A stretch of DNA of 60,844 nt, filler included, from Asterionella formosa (lineage: Eukaryota), in NCBI GenBank assembly GCA_002256025.1. It is 6 parts of 6 records of this genome, joined end to end, with 100 filler letters (N's around TTAATTAATTAA, not from the genome) between each part and the next. Parts side by side here need not be neighbours in the genome. Positions count along the whole stretch, not along the records: positions 40,651 to 50,700 come from NKIB01009941.1; positions 50,801 to 60,844 come from NKIB01009945.1; 4 more parts are not named here. The stretch is one strand, 5' to 3'. The notes beneath the pieces were generated by a model that saw only the letters and a program-made list of their open reading frames with translations, had not been told where the DNA came from and ran no database searches. Below, piece by piece: positions 49,315 through 60,844 of the stretch; within the stretch, counting starts at the first letter, position 1; every line of letters starts with the position of its first letter. Made by a program: the position numbers and the translations under genes.

Positions 49315-50700
49315 TTATGCCGCAGGTGCGCAACTTGGAAAGGAAAAATCAATGGCATACAATTGTCCAGAAACAGCAAGACTGCTTGGATTCAATCCTG
49401 CACTTTGATATAATCGCGCTGCTTCATTAAAGGCATCCATCATTGGTCCAACATTATTCCAAGACAAATGAATGTTTCCAATTTCATTCAATGTTCTTGC
49501 TAGTGTGGCAGGGTCAGTAGCATGCGAGGAAGAGCTGCGCTCGATGGACAGAGCTTCTTCAAAGCAAGTTAACGATCGTTCAAAGTCACCAACTGCCTTG
49601 TAGGCTTCACCAAGTTTAAACATCGTCATGGCAACATCCTTATGATAACGTCCCAAAACAAATTGTTCAATTCGGACTGTTTCCTTATAGCAGTCAATCG
49701 CCTCATTGTAACACCCTCGAGCATGATGACACAAACCAATATTGTACAAGGTAAACGAAATATCCCGATGATCCTTGGCAAGTTTCGCTTTTCTAATCTG
49801 TAATGATTCAGTAAATAGCTGCAAGGCCGATGTGATGAGGTTTTTCCGAAACAAAATGGTTCCCAAATAAGTGAGTGTGGCAGCCACTTCCAAATGATCG
49901 TTCCCCAAGATCTTTCGACGAAGCACGAGCGCTTCTTCCAGGTGTTTCATAGCGTTGTTCACGTCTCCTTTTTGATCATAAATCAATCCAATCGTGTTAA
50001 GGGTGCTCGCCACATCAGCATGGTAAAGTCCAAAGCGTTTCTTTTGAAGTTCCAATGCTTCCTTGTAGAGTTTGATTGCAGCGTTGTAGTCATTGCGTTG
50101 TCTGTAGATCTCACCAATGTTGCTTAGTGTCACAACAATGTTTGGATGATCGGGTTCCAAAACCTTTTGTTCCACAAGCAGCCCATTCTTGTATGACTTG
50201 AGGGCTTCATCCAAATTCTCTTGCTCAAAGTGAAAGTTTCCAATACGGTTAAGCAACATGGCCACCTCCGAATGGAACTCACCCAGAGCCGCCTTGCCAA
50301 CACTGAGTGACTCCTCATACAATGCCAGTGCCACGTCATATTCCTTTCGCTCTTGATGTATCTGCGCTAGTCCACTCAGGACAACAGCGATATCTCGATG
50401 ATCTGCGGAAAAGGATAATCGTGCCACCCTCAAGAATTCTTGATACAGTTCAATGGCTCGGTCCAAAAGTCCCTTTTGATGAAGACTTTGTCCAGCATTA
50501 AACGCCGTCGCAGCATAGTCAATGCTGTCTTGGCCCAAACGCAGTTTCCGGATCCGCAATGCTTCGTCGTAGTACACAAGTGCATCGTCAAATTCATCTC
50601 GCTGGACATAGACCCGTCCGAGATTATTGAGTGTTGTTGCCACCTTCTCGTGTTCGGAACCTAGTGACGCGGATAGAATCGTCAGTGCTTCTTGAAAGAG
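49315..50700 (-). CDS. TPR-repeat protein, tandem paralog, 5'-truncated at the scaffold end
   Basis: Frame is open to 50700 and colinear with 45962..47140. Ends in FPSCAPAA*. Confidence 0.9.
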   Translation of the reverse strand, partial: LFQEALTILSASLGSEHEKVATTLNNLGRVYVQRDEFDDALVYYDEALRIRKLRLGQDSIDYAATAFNAGQSLHQKGLLDRAIELYQEFLRVARLSFSADHRDIAVVLSGLAQIHQERKEYDVALALYEESLSVGKAALGEFHSEVAMLLNRIGNFHFEQENLDEALKSYKNGLLVEQKVLEPDHPNIVVTLSNIGEIYRQRNDYNAAIKLYKEALELQKKRFGLYHADVASTLNTIGLIYDQKGDVNNAMKHLEEALVLRRKILGNDHLEVAATLTYLGTILFRKNLITSALQLFTESLQIRKAKLAKDHRDISFTLYNIGLCHHARGCYNEAIDCYKETVRIEQFVLGRYHKDVAMTMFKLGEAYKAVGDFERSLTCFEEALSIERSSSSHATDPATLARTLNEIGNIHLSWNNVGPMMDAFNEAARLYQSAGLNPSSLAVSGQLYAIDFSFPSCAPAA

Positions 50701-50800
50701 NNNNNNNNNNNNNNNNNNNNNNNNNNNNNNNNNNNNNNNNNNNNTTAATTAATTAANNNNNNNNNNNNNNNNNNNNNNNNNNNNNNNNNNNNNNNNNNNN
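50701..50800. other. Artificial scaffold linker
   Basis: N44-TTAATTAATTAA-N44. Confidence 0.97.
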
Positions 50801-51409
50801 ACATTTTTGGGAACCAAAATTGTGAATAAAGCGGATTCAGCACAATATCATGTTACTATCTTGTATATAATGAAAATCTCTTCTACAAGCTTATTCATCT
50901 CCTCCACTTCGTTTTCAATTTCCTCTGTAACTGATACAAATTCTTCAGCATACTATTTATCAATCCAAAATGATTAATTTAAAGTATTTTTGAATGGGTT
51001 AGTCGAAACATTTGCCCAGGATGATGTAGCCATAAATTTCATTATGTTCTTAATTACCTACAAGATTCCTCAGCCAGATCTCTTATGGCTGCATGTTCTC
51101 CCTTTTCAATTCATTTTAATGAGACAAAACTAGATGCTTTTTAGAAACAGCATTTAAACATGTATTATACCAGCATCCAATGGTTACAATACACTTTTTA
51201 AAGTTTGTTGTGATCGTTTGAACCTTTACATGTAAGATAAGTCATCCATGCTTTGTAAATGAAATTGTACACAATTCTGAGGGGGCTCAATTCAATTTTA
51301 CAAAAACAATGAGGCATCTTGGATTTCTCAATTACAAGTGGCTGTAGAGCTGCAATGCTGTCAAAGCCACCACTGTAACTCGATCCTTTGCTAGTTTTCC
51401 TAGGCACTA

Positions 51410-51665
51410 GGTTCAATTCCCACAATTTTTTGAGAAGCAATTGTTGGGTTCTTCGACTCCCACACTCCTTTCTATGAGTCCTGCACACCAGTCTTAAGAA
51501 AATAGTGGGTCGCCCCCCCTACAAGCAGCTTGTGCCGCCTTCCTATGCGGTCGGAGTTTCCCCTAATGCTGCGGCCAAGACAATCAGCATTTGCAAAAGG
51601 TGGTTGGGGCTGCCTCACTAGTATGCTAACAAACTAGGGAAGCACAGGCAGGTCTTGTTGGCAGG
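51410..51665 (+). mobile_element. Second copy of the candidate tRNA-SINE (from the B box onward)
   Basis: GGTTCAATTCCC...ttttttgagaagcaattgttgggt...tgtgccgccttccta...tttcccctaa...tggttgggg...aaactagggaagcaca...ttggcagg is shared with the reverse complement of 34024..34266. Confidence 0.7.
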
Positions 51666-52276
51666 AGGTAGAACAATAAATACTTGCCTAGAAATAGGGG
51701 AGTACAAATTTGCTATAAAACATATTAACTTTGAAATATCAGCTTGATTATACTATCCATTGTACAAAATTGGCAATAGCTAGAGCTTTCCATCCATCAT
51801 CAGCCAGTCCTACTAGTAGTACTATCAATGTCTACATTCCCATTCTTTCATCAAAAACGTATCCAGGTGCTGTATCTAGTAATGAGGGGTTTAAAATAGT
51901 GGAATATCCAATTTGTAGGGGGTGCTTCATTGAGAAAAGTAAATCTAAAATACTAGAAGGGTGATGAGGCAATTTTTTGTGCTGCTGGGTCATCCATCAT
52001 TGGGGGTCCTTTTGCCAACAAAGTCGGTACCGGTATGCATGTCGCGTTCGTTTGCGTGCAAGGTCGATCATGAAAAAGTCAAGACAGAGACCCTTTCTAC
52101 ACGAACGGCCGTCGTACATTAAGGTTTCCGTAGGGTTCACTACATATATATTGTTATTGTATATATATGATATGTATTACTTACAATAAAATATCGGAAC
52201 CTTAATTTCGTTACGTTTACGATTCATCGTTATAAAAAGGTTAAGAGAAAACATTAATGCAGCAAAGAAAAGCAAC

Positions 52277-52660
52277 ATGTCCTCAATGACTGCCAACATC
52301 AATGCTCGACGCTTCGTCGGTACAAACAGACGTTCGTCATCTTCATTGATGCGAGGCAATCCTAGGAACATGAAATCCAATCGAGATAATGAGACAACGA
52401 ATAGTTCGTTTTCATTAGAAGATACACTCAAATTGAAACTATTTGAGAGTGAAAATGAAAATAAAAATGAGTATAGTTCATCCAAGAAGCAAAAACAGCA
52501 ACAGCGACGATTTGTTTTCATACAATCCAAATGGTGGTTTTATGGATTGTTCCTCGTCATTATTGTCATGATTGTTCGTCAAGGAACAATGTTGGTACTG
52601 TATACTTTAACTGGTACAACAACAACTGCAACAGCGACAGCGACAACCGCTAGTACAATA

Positions 52661-52700
<40 letters not shown>

Positions 52701-53455
52701 ACGACAATGAAATGATACGAACTGTTACAAAAAGGAATCAAATGGAACCAAAACCAGGTGAATATGCTCCAGTCATTAACGATGGTGCAGCAAATTCGGA
52801 TGCACAACAACAACAAATTGAAACGCTTTCTACACCTCCCACCAATACCTATCATATCTTTGTTCTTGGCAAGACGTTGCAGTTATCCACCATTCGATTG
52901 ATCAATATAGTCATTGGATTATTTGACTCATCTGATGCCTTTTTGGCAACAACTACATGGAGTGTGGTGGGAAATCAATATTTGACAAGATACAAGAATG
53001 AATGGGTCGAGAGCAATACTACCATTGTTTCTTTGGTACCACTACCACCTGATTCGGATGACGAAGCACCTCAAGAGGAAGTGACACAATTATTACGAGA
53101 CTTTCGTCAACACTATCAGCACATGTTTTTTATTATAGCAAGAACCAAATCCACCACCAAAAGCAACAGCAATACGAAACAGGAACTTGTCATTTGTGAC
53201 GCGCCAGACATTATTTGTGTGGATCCATACATGGTGGCCAATACAAACGAAATCAATAATGGTGCTACCATGACAGTGACTGCATTCATATCGACCATTC
53301 AACAACACTGGAATTACTTTTCAAAAATTAAGTTTGATCTTGTGGAGGCATTACGACGATTGAATGGGATGGAAGAAATGATTTTGCAAATGGGAGATAT
53401 GCCATCTACTACTAGTGATATTAAATATGGTGTTTATGGTGCAAGTAAGGGGTAA
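52277..53455 (+). CDS. Type II membrane protein of unknown function (392 aa)
   Basis: Single N-proximal TM segment (WWFYGLFLVIIVMIV), a Thr/Ala low-complexity stem with a (GCT)n tract, and a globular C-terminal domain. Confidence 0.75.
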
Positions 53456-53512
53456 CAAACAATTAAATAAAGAGCGTTGTAAATTTTATTTTTAGAAGAT
53501 TCTACCGGTAGG

Positions 53513-53947
53513 CTAATTCGTTACTGGTGGTTCATTCATCATGGGCGATTGTGATGGAGCACTAGTCCCATGAAAAAAATGAGTCCCAGCTCCCGTGGCA
53601 TCAAAAATTGTGGCAGAAGGACTTGCACTTGGATTCGAGAAAAGAGGAGTTGTTGAAGGTTTTGTTGTTGTTGATGATGCACTTCCTGCCAGAGACAAGG
53701 GAGCAGCACTGAGTGGCGCAGAAAATGTTGGAGATAAGGAAGGAAAATTCGTTGTTGTTATTCGATGGGATGAAGGACCATTGCTTGGTGCAGTAATAGC
53801 AGTACTTGTTGATGGCATTGTTGTTGCTGTTGTTATTGCTGTAGTGACAGGAGATGCTGAAGGAAAATCAGTAAAGTCGGGAAAGCGAAGTCCAGCTCCC
53901 TTGGAATCATAAATAATTGCAGTTGGACTGGCAGAGGGGGATGGTTC

Positions 53948-53979
<32 letters not shown>

Positions 53980-54157
53980 TCTTACCACTGTTGCTGTTGC
54001 TGTTGGGTACCACAACACAAGTCACAATAACAACAATGAGAATGACAACAGCACTGACGATGAATAAGAGTCGTCGTCGCGGACGTTCTTGTGGTCGATA
54101 CTGTGTTGGTACATATCGTTGCGATGGATGATCGAATTCAAAAGGGGACATTGCCAT
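53513..54157 (-). CDS. Type II membrane protein with a mucin-like Ser/Thr/Pro ectodomain (214 aa)
   Basis: RRR precedes the TM segment LLFIVSAVVILIVVIVTCVVV. PSASP repeats and a duplicated PSASP.A.I(Y/F)D..GAG..F motif follow. Confidence 0.75.
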
Positions 54158-56149
54158 GTCGTCGTCGTCGTCAATGCTGGTGCTGATACTGTTGTTATGG
54201 ATGCTTTCGTACTGGTGTAATGAAGATGAGGTCGTTGGAATTTATCATTTGGGACTTGATGCCTGCTGCCTTTTGATTTATATTTTCCGGTTTACATATA
54301 TATCCATAAAGAATTATCATTTATATCCCATTCTTTCCGGTTAGACTGATTTCGGTCTATAAACTGGATTCAGTCTGGGTTTTCAATCCCTTGCCCATAG
54401 CTCAATTCAATGGATATTTCATTTCTGAAAAGTTAATCAAAATCTACAAAGCTGTAGGCTTCTGGAGGTATGCATGACAATAAGCCTACTGGTATACATG
54501 AAAAATCTGCCTGCCAAAAAATTTAAAAAATATCTGTGCAGTAGCTATGGCACAACAACAAAATTTTGACAATGGGCAAAGGTGCTGTTGTTTCGTGCCT
54601 TTCCAAGTAAATTCACCATCTCTGTGGGTCCAAAATCATCATGTGAACATTGCAAAAGACCATCGACTTGAAAGAATGACAGTTTGGCAGAGGGAACTCA
54701 AGAAAATCAAAGGTAAGGATAGTGCAATGGCCATTGTGGTCACTGCTCCTGGGACTGAAGATGATGTTGATACAACTGAGCTATATACCCTTGAAAATCA
54801 CTTCTAGATCATTTCCGATGGTGATCCAGAAAACTTTGTAGCTCCTATGATAAAGGCGATTATTTGCTTGAGGAGGCAGCAGAAGGTGAAGTGATGCCTT
54901 CAGAGCTTCTCAAAATTGCAAAGTGTACTGGTGGCGCAGTTCTTGGCACTGCTAACTAGTTGTAGTTGCAAAGAAATTTTTTAAGTATGCGTTATAGAAC
55001 CTCGACTATGGTGGAGTCCTTTCGGTTGCACTGTGGCCTAGAAGGTCAGGATTTTGAATTAGGACAGGGGAGCCAGGCAAGGAGCCCATGCGGCTCTTGG
55101 AGTACTAGGATGAGGAGATTTTGTTATTGGGTGTGACTCAGGCAAGGAGCCCATGTGGCACTTAGATTTTTTGGTGAAGAAAGTGAAAGAAAAAAATGTT
55201 CATGAAAAATCATCTTTGAAGCAGGGTGAGAAAGAGAGACAAATAATGGATGCATGGTCTCAGAAGGCAGAGAGAGAGATGTGAAAATATCTTGGATGCA
55301 AGGAGTAAGAATGAAGATATTAAGAGGTAGCTAGCAAATTTTAGATGAATGAAAGGATTGAGTTGCTTGATAGCTGAAGGCATGTTGGAAGCTGGTGAAG
55401 GCAGAGTATTGAGTTAGCTGGTACTATTCAAATGAATGGGATAAACACTGGCGCAAAGACATGGAAGAAAAATATTGTAGAAAGGAGGCCTGGAATGAAA
55501 GAATAATGCAGTGCTATTGGAGTGATCTGGATCTGCAATCTTGGGCGCAGGAATAGTTTGATGAGTAGGAATCAAAAATTTGAATGCTAGGCTGAAATGA
55601 AGCCTTACAGAGTGGCAAGAGCGGTCAGTAGGCGCTGTGTTCTTGGGTTTGGGGGTGGTTTTGATAGGGGGAGGAGACTTTGTCAGATGTAGCGGGTAAG
55701 GTGCCTTTTTTGGTGGTCAGAAAAATAGAGGGATTGGGGCTGGCTGTGCTAGATGCCTCTTTTCGAATAGCTGTGCGGACCATAAAATGATAAGGACATG
55801 ATAAGCAGTAGAGGCAGGGGTCGGTCGAGGGGAAGGAGAAGCGAGACTGGTGGTAAATGCGGGGATTAGAGAGTGGTGCATGAAACATGCGCCAACCAAT
55901 GGTTCTGCGAGTTTGTGTTTCTTTCGCAGTGTGAAGAGAGGGGTTCTGGATGATTCCGTATTCTTTGAATTCTTAAAGACAGAGTTGGGATGAGACACTG
56001 GTGGTGGAGGGAAATGAAGTGAAAGAGCGGCATCAAAGGAGCCCGAAACGGGCATGGTGCCAAGGAGGAGGATCAGAAGCAGCGTGTGGGTTAGTCCGTA
56101 GACTTGGTAATAGGAGGGAATGATATGTCTATGTATGAAACCCAGAGGT

Positions 56150-57030
56150 GAGTTCGCTGCATTTCTGAAACTATCTTGGCACTGACTATATTGCCATCCT
56201 AGCTTGATGTGTTGATATTGGTGTTGAAAATTCCCCAGAATCTGAAAATGTTTTTCAACGAGATGAAGTTGCAAAAAAATTGTTTGTCAAGCAATGAGTC
56301 GGATAAGTTAGATTTTGCGACAGGAGCCAGTTGAATAGATCAAAGAGCAATCCAATATTTTCATCATTTCCAATTCATTAGAAGTCTAATGCCTTTCAGC
56401 TATTTGATTTAATCTTTCCTTCGATTCAATTATTTTTATATTGATCAAAAGGTTGAGGGCAAACCTGTAACCATTCCAATTGATTGAAAAATGGTTGAGG
56501 TGAAAGTGTGCGCAGATCATGAATAACAGAAAAGTAAAATATTTACAGTGTTTTTCTACAACCACTTTAAGTTTTGGCGCTGACGATTATAATGCAACGA
56601 GGCATTCCCCAATTAGTTTGGAAGTGGAATGGGCGAAAAAATGGTGGCCAAATATAGAGTTATCATTGCTCTTTTCAGTCATAGCAGAAGATGCCATGCT
56701 TGCATATAAAAAATTCTATAAGGAGGGAGGTTGATGGCAGGCTCTGTTTTCGCAAGCTCGTTGCAGAGGCATTGATATGTTATCATTATTACAATGAAGA
56801 AGACAAAGAATCGTCTAGAAGGTCTTCAAGATAACTAAAAATGCTTAGCACATAGCTTTTATAGCTACCCAGAGGCAAGAAATTTTTCGGGACAGAGGTT
56901 GAGGTTCTGACAGTTCCCACCTCCAAAGTACATGTGTGTAGAATGGAAAATGATGCCTTGGACATCTTGTGTATGGTCCATGGGTATGCTTCGATGTATT
57001 GATTGTTGTTTACATCATTCCATTGAAGCA
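56150..57030 (+). mobile_element. Degenerate piggyBac-like transposase, C-terminal part
   Basis: F.NHF...ADDYNATRHSPISLEVEWAKKWWPN...AMLAYKKF matches the VDD.N..RH...SLE..W....W pattern of stramenopile piggyBac-like transposases. Remnants of a Cys-rich tail follow. Confidence 0.6.
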
Positions 57031-58874
57031 TCATTGATTCCTTACAGTCCAGACTGATCTTTGTCTGCAGAGTTTTTCATGTTGTGACTGACACTCAACT
57101 TAATATTCGTAGTTCAAATTCCAATCCTTTTGTCTTCAAAATGTATAGCCCTTTAAACCAGGAGAAAAAGTACTATCCAACGATGTATCTAAATTTTGAG
57201 GAAAGTAACAATGAGGTTTTCAAATTGAGCCTCAAAGAGAGACTGAAATCAGCGTTATGAGGCGGAAAGAACCCAATATGTATACAAATGATAGTTGATT
57301 TATTCCTACATAAACAAATTACTTGAAACATGTATTTCTGGTACTTACTCTGCTGCGAAAATCTTGAAGTGAGGAGAGGAGGATCTGATCACCCTGTTAG
57401 AGCATCTCCAAAACATCAACCAAATACCAAAGCAAGCCAATTGAAGTTGAAACTGTATCAAAACACGACATTTTGTTGAGAATTTTTTCACTAGTCAAAA
57501 TTTTCATATTTGTCTCCTCAGCAGCGACTGAATCAAAAGTACTCATATCTTGCAACCATATTTTTATTGAATAGAAATAGAGCTAGAGTGTAGTAGCTAG
57601 TTACATGTGTATCATAAAATGATTTCCAGTATATCTGTATTTGCTACATTAGGTATACTTAACATTTTCAAATGATGACAAAGAAAAGGACAGCTATAGC
57701 GATTCATCGAATGACGACTGCTTTGGTTACATGCGGCAAGAAAACAAGAAGTCAAAGCAAGCAATTGCGCCATAGGGGAGGAACATCAAAGGGGGGGGGG
57801 GGGGGGGGGGTGGGGGGATTTGGTTTTTTTANNNNNNNNNNCCCCCCCCCACCCCCCCCCCCCCCCCCCCCCCACCCCCCCCCCCCCCCCCCCCCCCCCC
57901 GCCGCCCCCCCCCCCCCCCCCCCCAAGTTGGCGAATGTACTTTTTTAAATATTAGCATTGTCAAATGTGCGGGATTAACATCTTTTATGTGTCGAAAGGA
58001 TCACATGGAGCACTTGAATTCTGGACACATTTTCCTTCAATGGTTCTTGTCGTCGTTGTGTGTGTCTACAGGATGTAACATACCACGTTCCAAAGCACGG
58101 TACCGGGTACTCGATATAATAATTCATCGAACTTCGATGGTTCCTGTTGTCGTTGTGTCCCTATGTATAAAAGTGGCATGCTACCACGTTCCAAAGATTC
58201 AAAGATATAGTGACCAACCTGCCGTTGATTGGTCAATCTTTCGATTATTCCTTTTGTCTCGAAGTAGCGTTCTAAGCAGGTACTGTCTCTTTCAAAAGGT
58301 TAGGGCAATAGATAAAACCAACAAAATAGATGCCATCGTTCTCCGATATGAAGGCATTTTTCACCGAAATAATGCCACCCTATGTACCACGTTGGAATGG
58401 TAACTACATGCCCCGAGCGATGTGTGCTTCGAAAGGTTGGAAATGGACTTGAACAAAAAGGGTCCGACATCGTACGAAACGGATTTCGTAGAACAGATTT
58501 TCGTACGTAGAAATGCATGTTATTTCACAAAAATCATGAAAGCGTGGGCAGATTCAAGCTGAGCTCTTACAGAAAAAACTACTCCGGCTTTTCTAACTTG
58601 AATGTTCTATGAAGCCTCATTATGATCTCATTTGTCATACCGTACTACCGGTAATCCCATTTCCGAACATTAGGTACCATCATGGATAAAAACATATTTT
58701 TTGGGACAAGCAACAAAGGGGCATCATTATCAAGAAGGGCAGAGGACTATCGGTAACCACCACGACTATACGGGAGAACGCGTCATCACAACACACAGTT
58801 GTTTCTGATTCTCATTTTTTCAATTTTACGAAGAAGCAACGAGGTACATAACTGAGCATAATCTTACAACCAAG

Positions 58875-60245
58875 ATGAACACTAATTTCCCCTACCTGAA
58901 CGAAAAGCAGCTCCTGGCTCAGCAAAGAGTCCTCGTCACAAGAGGGTATCACAATGTGGTATTCATTCCTCAAATGCAAATGATTCAGCAACAACAGCTT
59001 GGCATAGCGTGCTTCGCTTCTGCTGCATATCCGGCGTCGCTCTTCGAAACACAAATGATGCTCTTGCAGCGGCAGCGAATCATGCAGCAGCCCGCCAGCA
59101 GCCAGACATTGTTTCAGCAGATACACATGGATCAGATGCAGCAGCAACAACAACGACAGCAGCATGTGATCCCAAGCAATCACATTGTTCCTTCCGCCCT
59201 TGTGACAATGGCAACAGCACCTTTCGCGAATAGGTCCCCCGTTTCGACTACTACTTCATTCTTGCAAGAGAAAAAGAGCCTACCAGTCATCTCGCCTACA
59301 GAGCTCGGAGGAGTAGCCATCAAGGAAGAGACGGATCCTTCTGACAACAGCAATGCTGTGTCGAGCAAGGCTGGCAGCACGACAAAGCAACGACAGGGAA
59401 ATAAGGCTCGCAAGAGTAAGCCAAGGGCTCGAAATGCCAAGTGGATGGAATCCTACAATGACTTAAAGAAGTACAAGCACGAATACGGGAGCTGCATTGT
59501 TCCCCGTGGATACGTCTTTAATCCGCGCTTGGCTGTTTGGGTTGCTGAACAACGTAAGCAATACAAACTTCGCCTCGATGGGAGGAATTCCAGCATCACA
59601 GCAGAACGCATTGCTTTACTGGAACATGTGGACTTTGCATGGAATGCTCAAGAAGCTGCGTGGGAAAGGCACATGGCTGACTTGACGGCCTTCAAAGAAG
59701 AGAACGGAGACTGTCTTGTTCCTGTCAATCATCCAAACTATCCCAAACTGGGATTGTGGGTCAAGGAACAACGACGTCATTTCAATTTTCTCAAGCGAGG
59801 CAAGCCTTCGCACATGACGGACTCTCGCTACGTGGAACTCAGTGGTTTGGGATTTTGTTGGGACACCCAAGAAGCTGTGTGGGGGGAACGACTTCGAGAG
59901 TTGAAGCAGTTCAAGGTTAAGAATGGACATTCCATGGTGCCTACGCATTATTCGACCAATCCACGATTGGGAACATGGGTGCATCATCAACGAAGGCAAT
60001 ATCGCGAGTACAAGCGGGATAAGCCATGTCATATTACACACGAGAGGATTGCGGCTCTTGATAGGATAGGTTTTATCTGGCATCCACGGGACAAGGTGAG
60101 CAAGGGTAGCACTGAGAGTAGTGATGATAGCAATATTGAAGATGAGGAGGAAGACGAGTATGAAGAAGATGAAACTACTGAGTTTGATTTCAGGCCCAAA
60201 AAGCGAGTGAGATATGGAGATGGTGGTGGCTGTGGAAGGAAGTGA
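58875..60245 (+). CDS. Helicase-associated (HA) domain protein with three HA repeats, a Q-rich N-terminus and an acidic/NLS tail
   Basis: Three W...(Y/M/L)..L..(Y/F)K...G...VP......L..WV..QR..Y...........R...L..(L/I)GF.W units, with a PKKRVR NLS-like motif. Confidence 0.92.
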   Translation: MNTNFPYLNEKQLLAQQRVLVTRGYHNVVFIPQMQMIQQQQLGIACFASAAYPASLFETQMMLLQRQRIMQQPASSQTLFQQIHMDQMQQQQQRQQHVIPSNHIVPSALVTMATAPFANRSPVSTTTSFLQEKKSLPVISPTELGGVAIKEETDPSDNSNAVSSKAGSTTKQRQGNKARKSKPRARNAKWMESYNDLKKYKHEYGSCIVPRGYVFNPRLAVWVAEQRKQYKLRLDGRNSSITAERIALLEHVDFAWNAQEAAWERHMADLTAFKEENGDCLVPVNHPNYPKLGLWVKEQRRHFNFLKRGKPSHMTDSRYVELSGLGFCWDTQEAVWGERLRELKQFKVKNGHSMVPTHYSTNPRLGTWVHHQRRQYREYKRDKPCHITHERIAALDRIGFIWHPRDKVSKGSTESSDDSNIEDEEEDEYEEDETTEFDFRPKKRVRYGDGGGCGRK

Positions 60246-60844
60246 ATGAAATAGAAAATAGTAATTTTTAGATTTTCAATATAAATATTCTGTTAATGCA
60301 TTGCATAAGGAGAAGTCTGGCTGCTTTTTGGTATGTATTCAATTACCGTAAAACCTGGTGTCTCGTATCCCCCCAGATACCTGTACCCCCCTTCGTACAT
60401 CTGGCACAACACCCCCAAATATTTTATGTCTACAGAAAAAATAACAGCATATTATTGTATTCTAGCTATTTATTAATGAATTTACTATAATTGTATTCTT
60501 ACCGGTCACCATCATGAAACAACAATCAACAACAACACGAGCGATGCCAATGACATTTGCGATGGCGATATCCTTGTCCTGAGATCTATTTCAAAAGTCG
60601 AAGCTGCAACTTGCATGCTTGTTGTGGAGCGATTATCAAGCTGAATGCTAAAGGCTCAGGCAGTTCTGGCCTTGATGTTGTCGGCTTGCCGGAAGTGTTC
60701 ACAGAATCATTTCGTCTGCTGCCTCATGATGCAGAAATATTTCGTGCATGTCATGATTCTGGTCGAATAATCATATAAGTGATGTGGTTGGCTTATATTA
60801 ATTTCCATCACGATCCAAGTCGTAGAGTCTACACAAGTTAATAC

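Noticed and set aside
51450..51650. HDV-like ribozyme in the SINE body (CCGC-CTTCCTAT-GCGG hairpin, TGTGC/GCACA pairing)
   Set aside because: The GG needed for P1.1 after the putative P1' strand is missing, and the hairpin is imperfect in the other copy. It would need an RNArobo/Infernal test.
57672..58403. Poly-Gly/poly-Pro (formin-like) ORF
   Set aside because: It derives from G and C homopolymers flanking a 10-N gap, a typical sequencing artefact. The rest of the ORF is not protein-like.

Overview
This is eukaryotic DNA, most likely from a diatom. That call is inferred from short GT-AG introns, DUF6824 and multi-HA-domain genes, an ASAFAP-type plastid presequence, RXL motifs and diatom-type Copia/Gypsy relics. 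The window is not one locus. It is six ~10 kb scaffolds (10064, 10064, 10063, 10059, 10050 and 10044 bp, in descending size) joined by an artificial 100-nt N44-TTAATTAATTAA-N44 linker, so adjacency across linkers has no biological meaning. Recognisable genes: a secreted multidomain protein, a Maf-like pyrophosphatase C-terminus, a plastid-targeted coiled-coil protein, an ankyrin-repeat protein, NDUFV2, an SLC35A nucleotide-sugar transporter, a 75-aa secreted Lys-rich RXL peptide, a DUF6824 protein, two tandem TPR paralogs, two convergent type II membrane proteins and a Q-rich protein with three HA domains. Much of the rest is transposon debris: a Copia element with both LTRs, PBS, PPT and TSD; a second Copia family seen three times; a Gypsy relic; piggyBac-like, Plavaka-like and LINE-like fragments; MITEs; and TIR elements with subterminal repeat arrays. 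I see no clear multi-gene novel system. The best leads are a candidate tRNA-derived SINE family (two copies), a strongly over-represented non-coding palindrome TACCGGTA, a 3.9 kb TIR element with unusual CGTC termini, and the small silaffin-like precursor.
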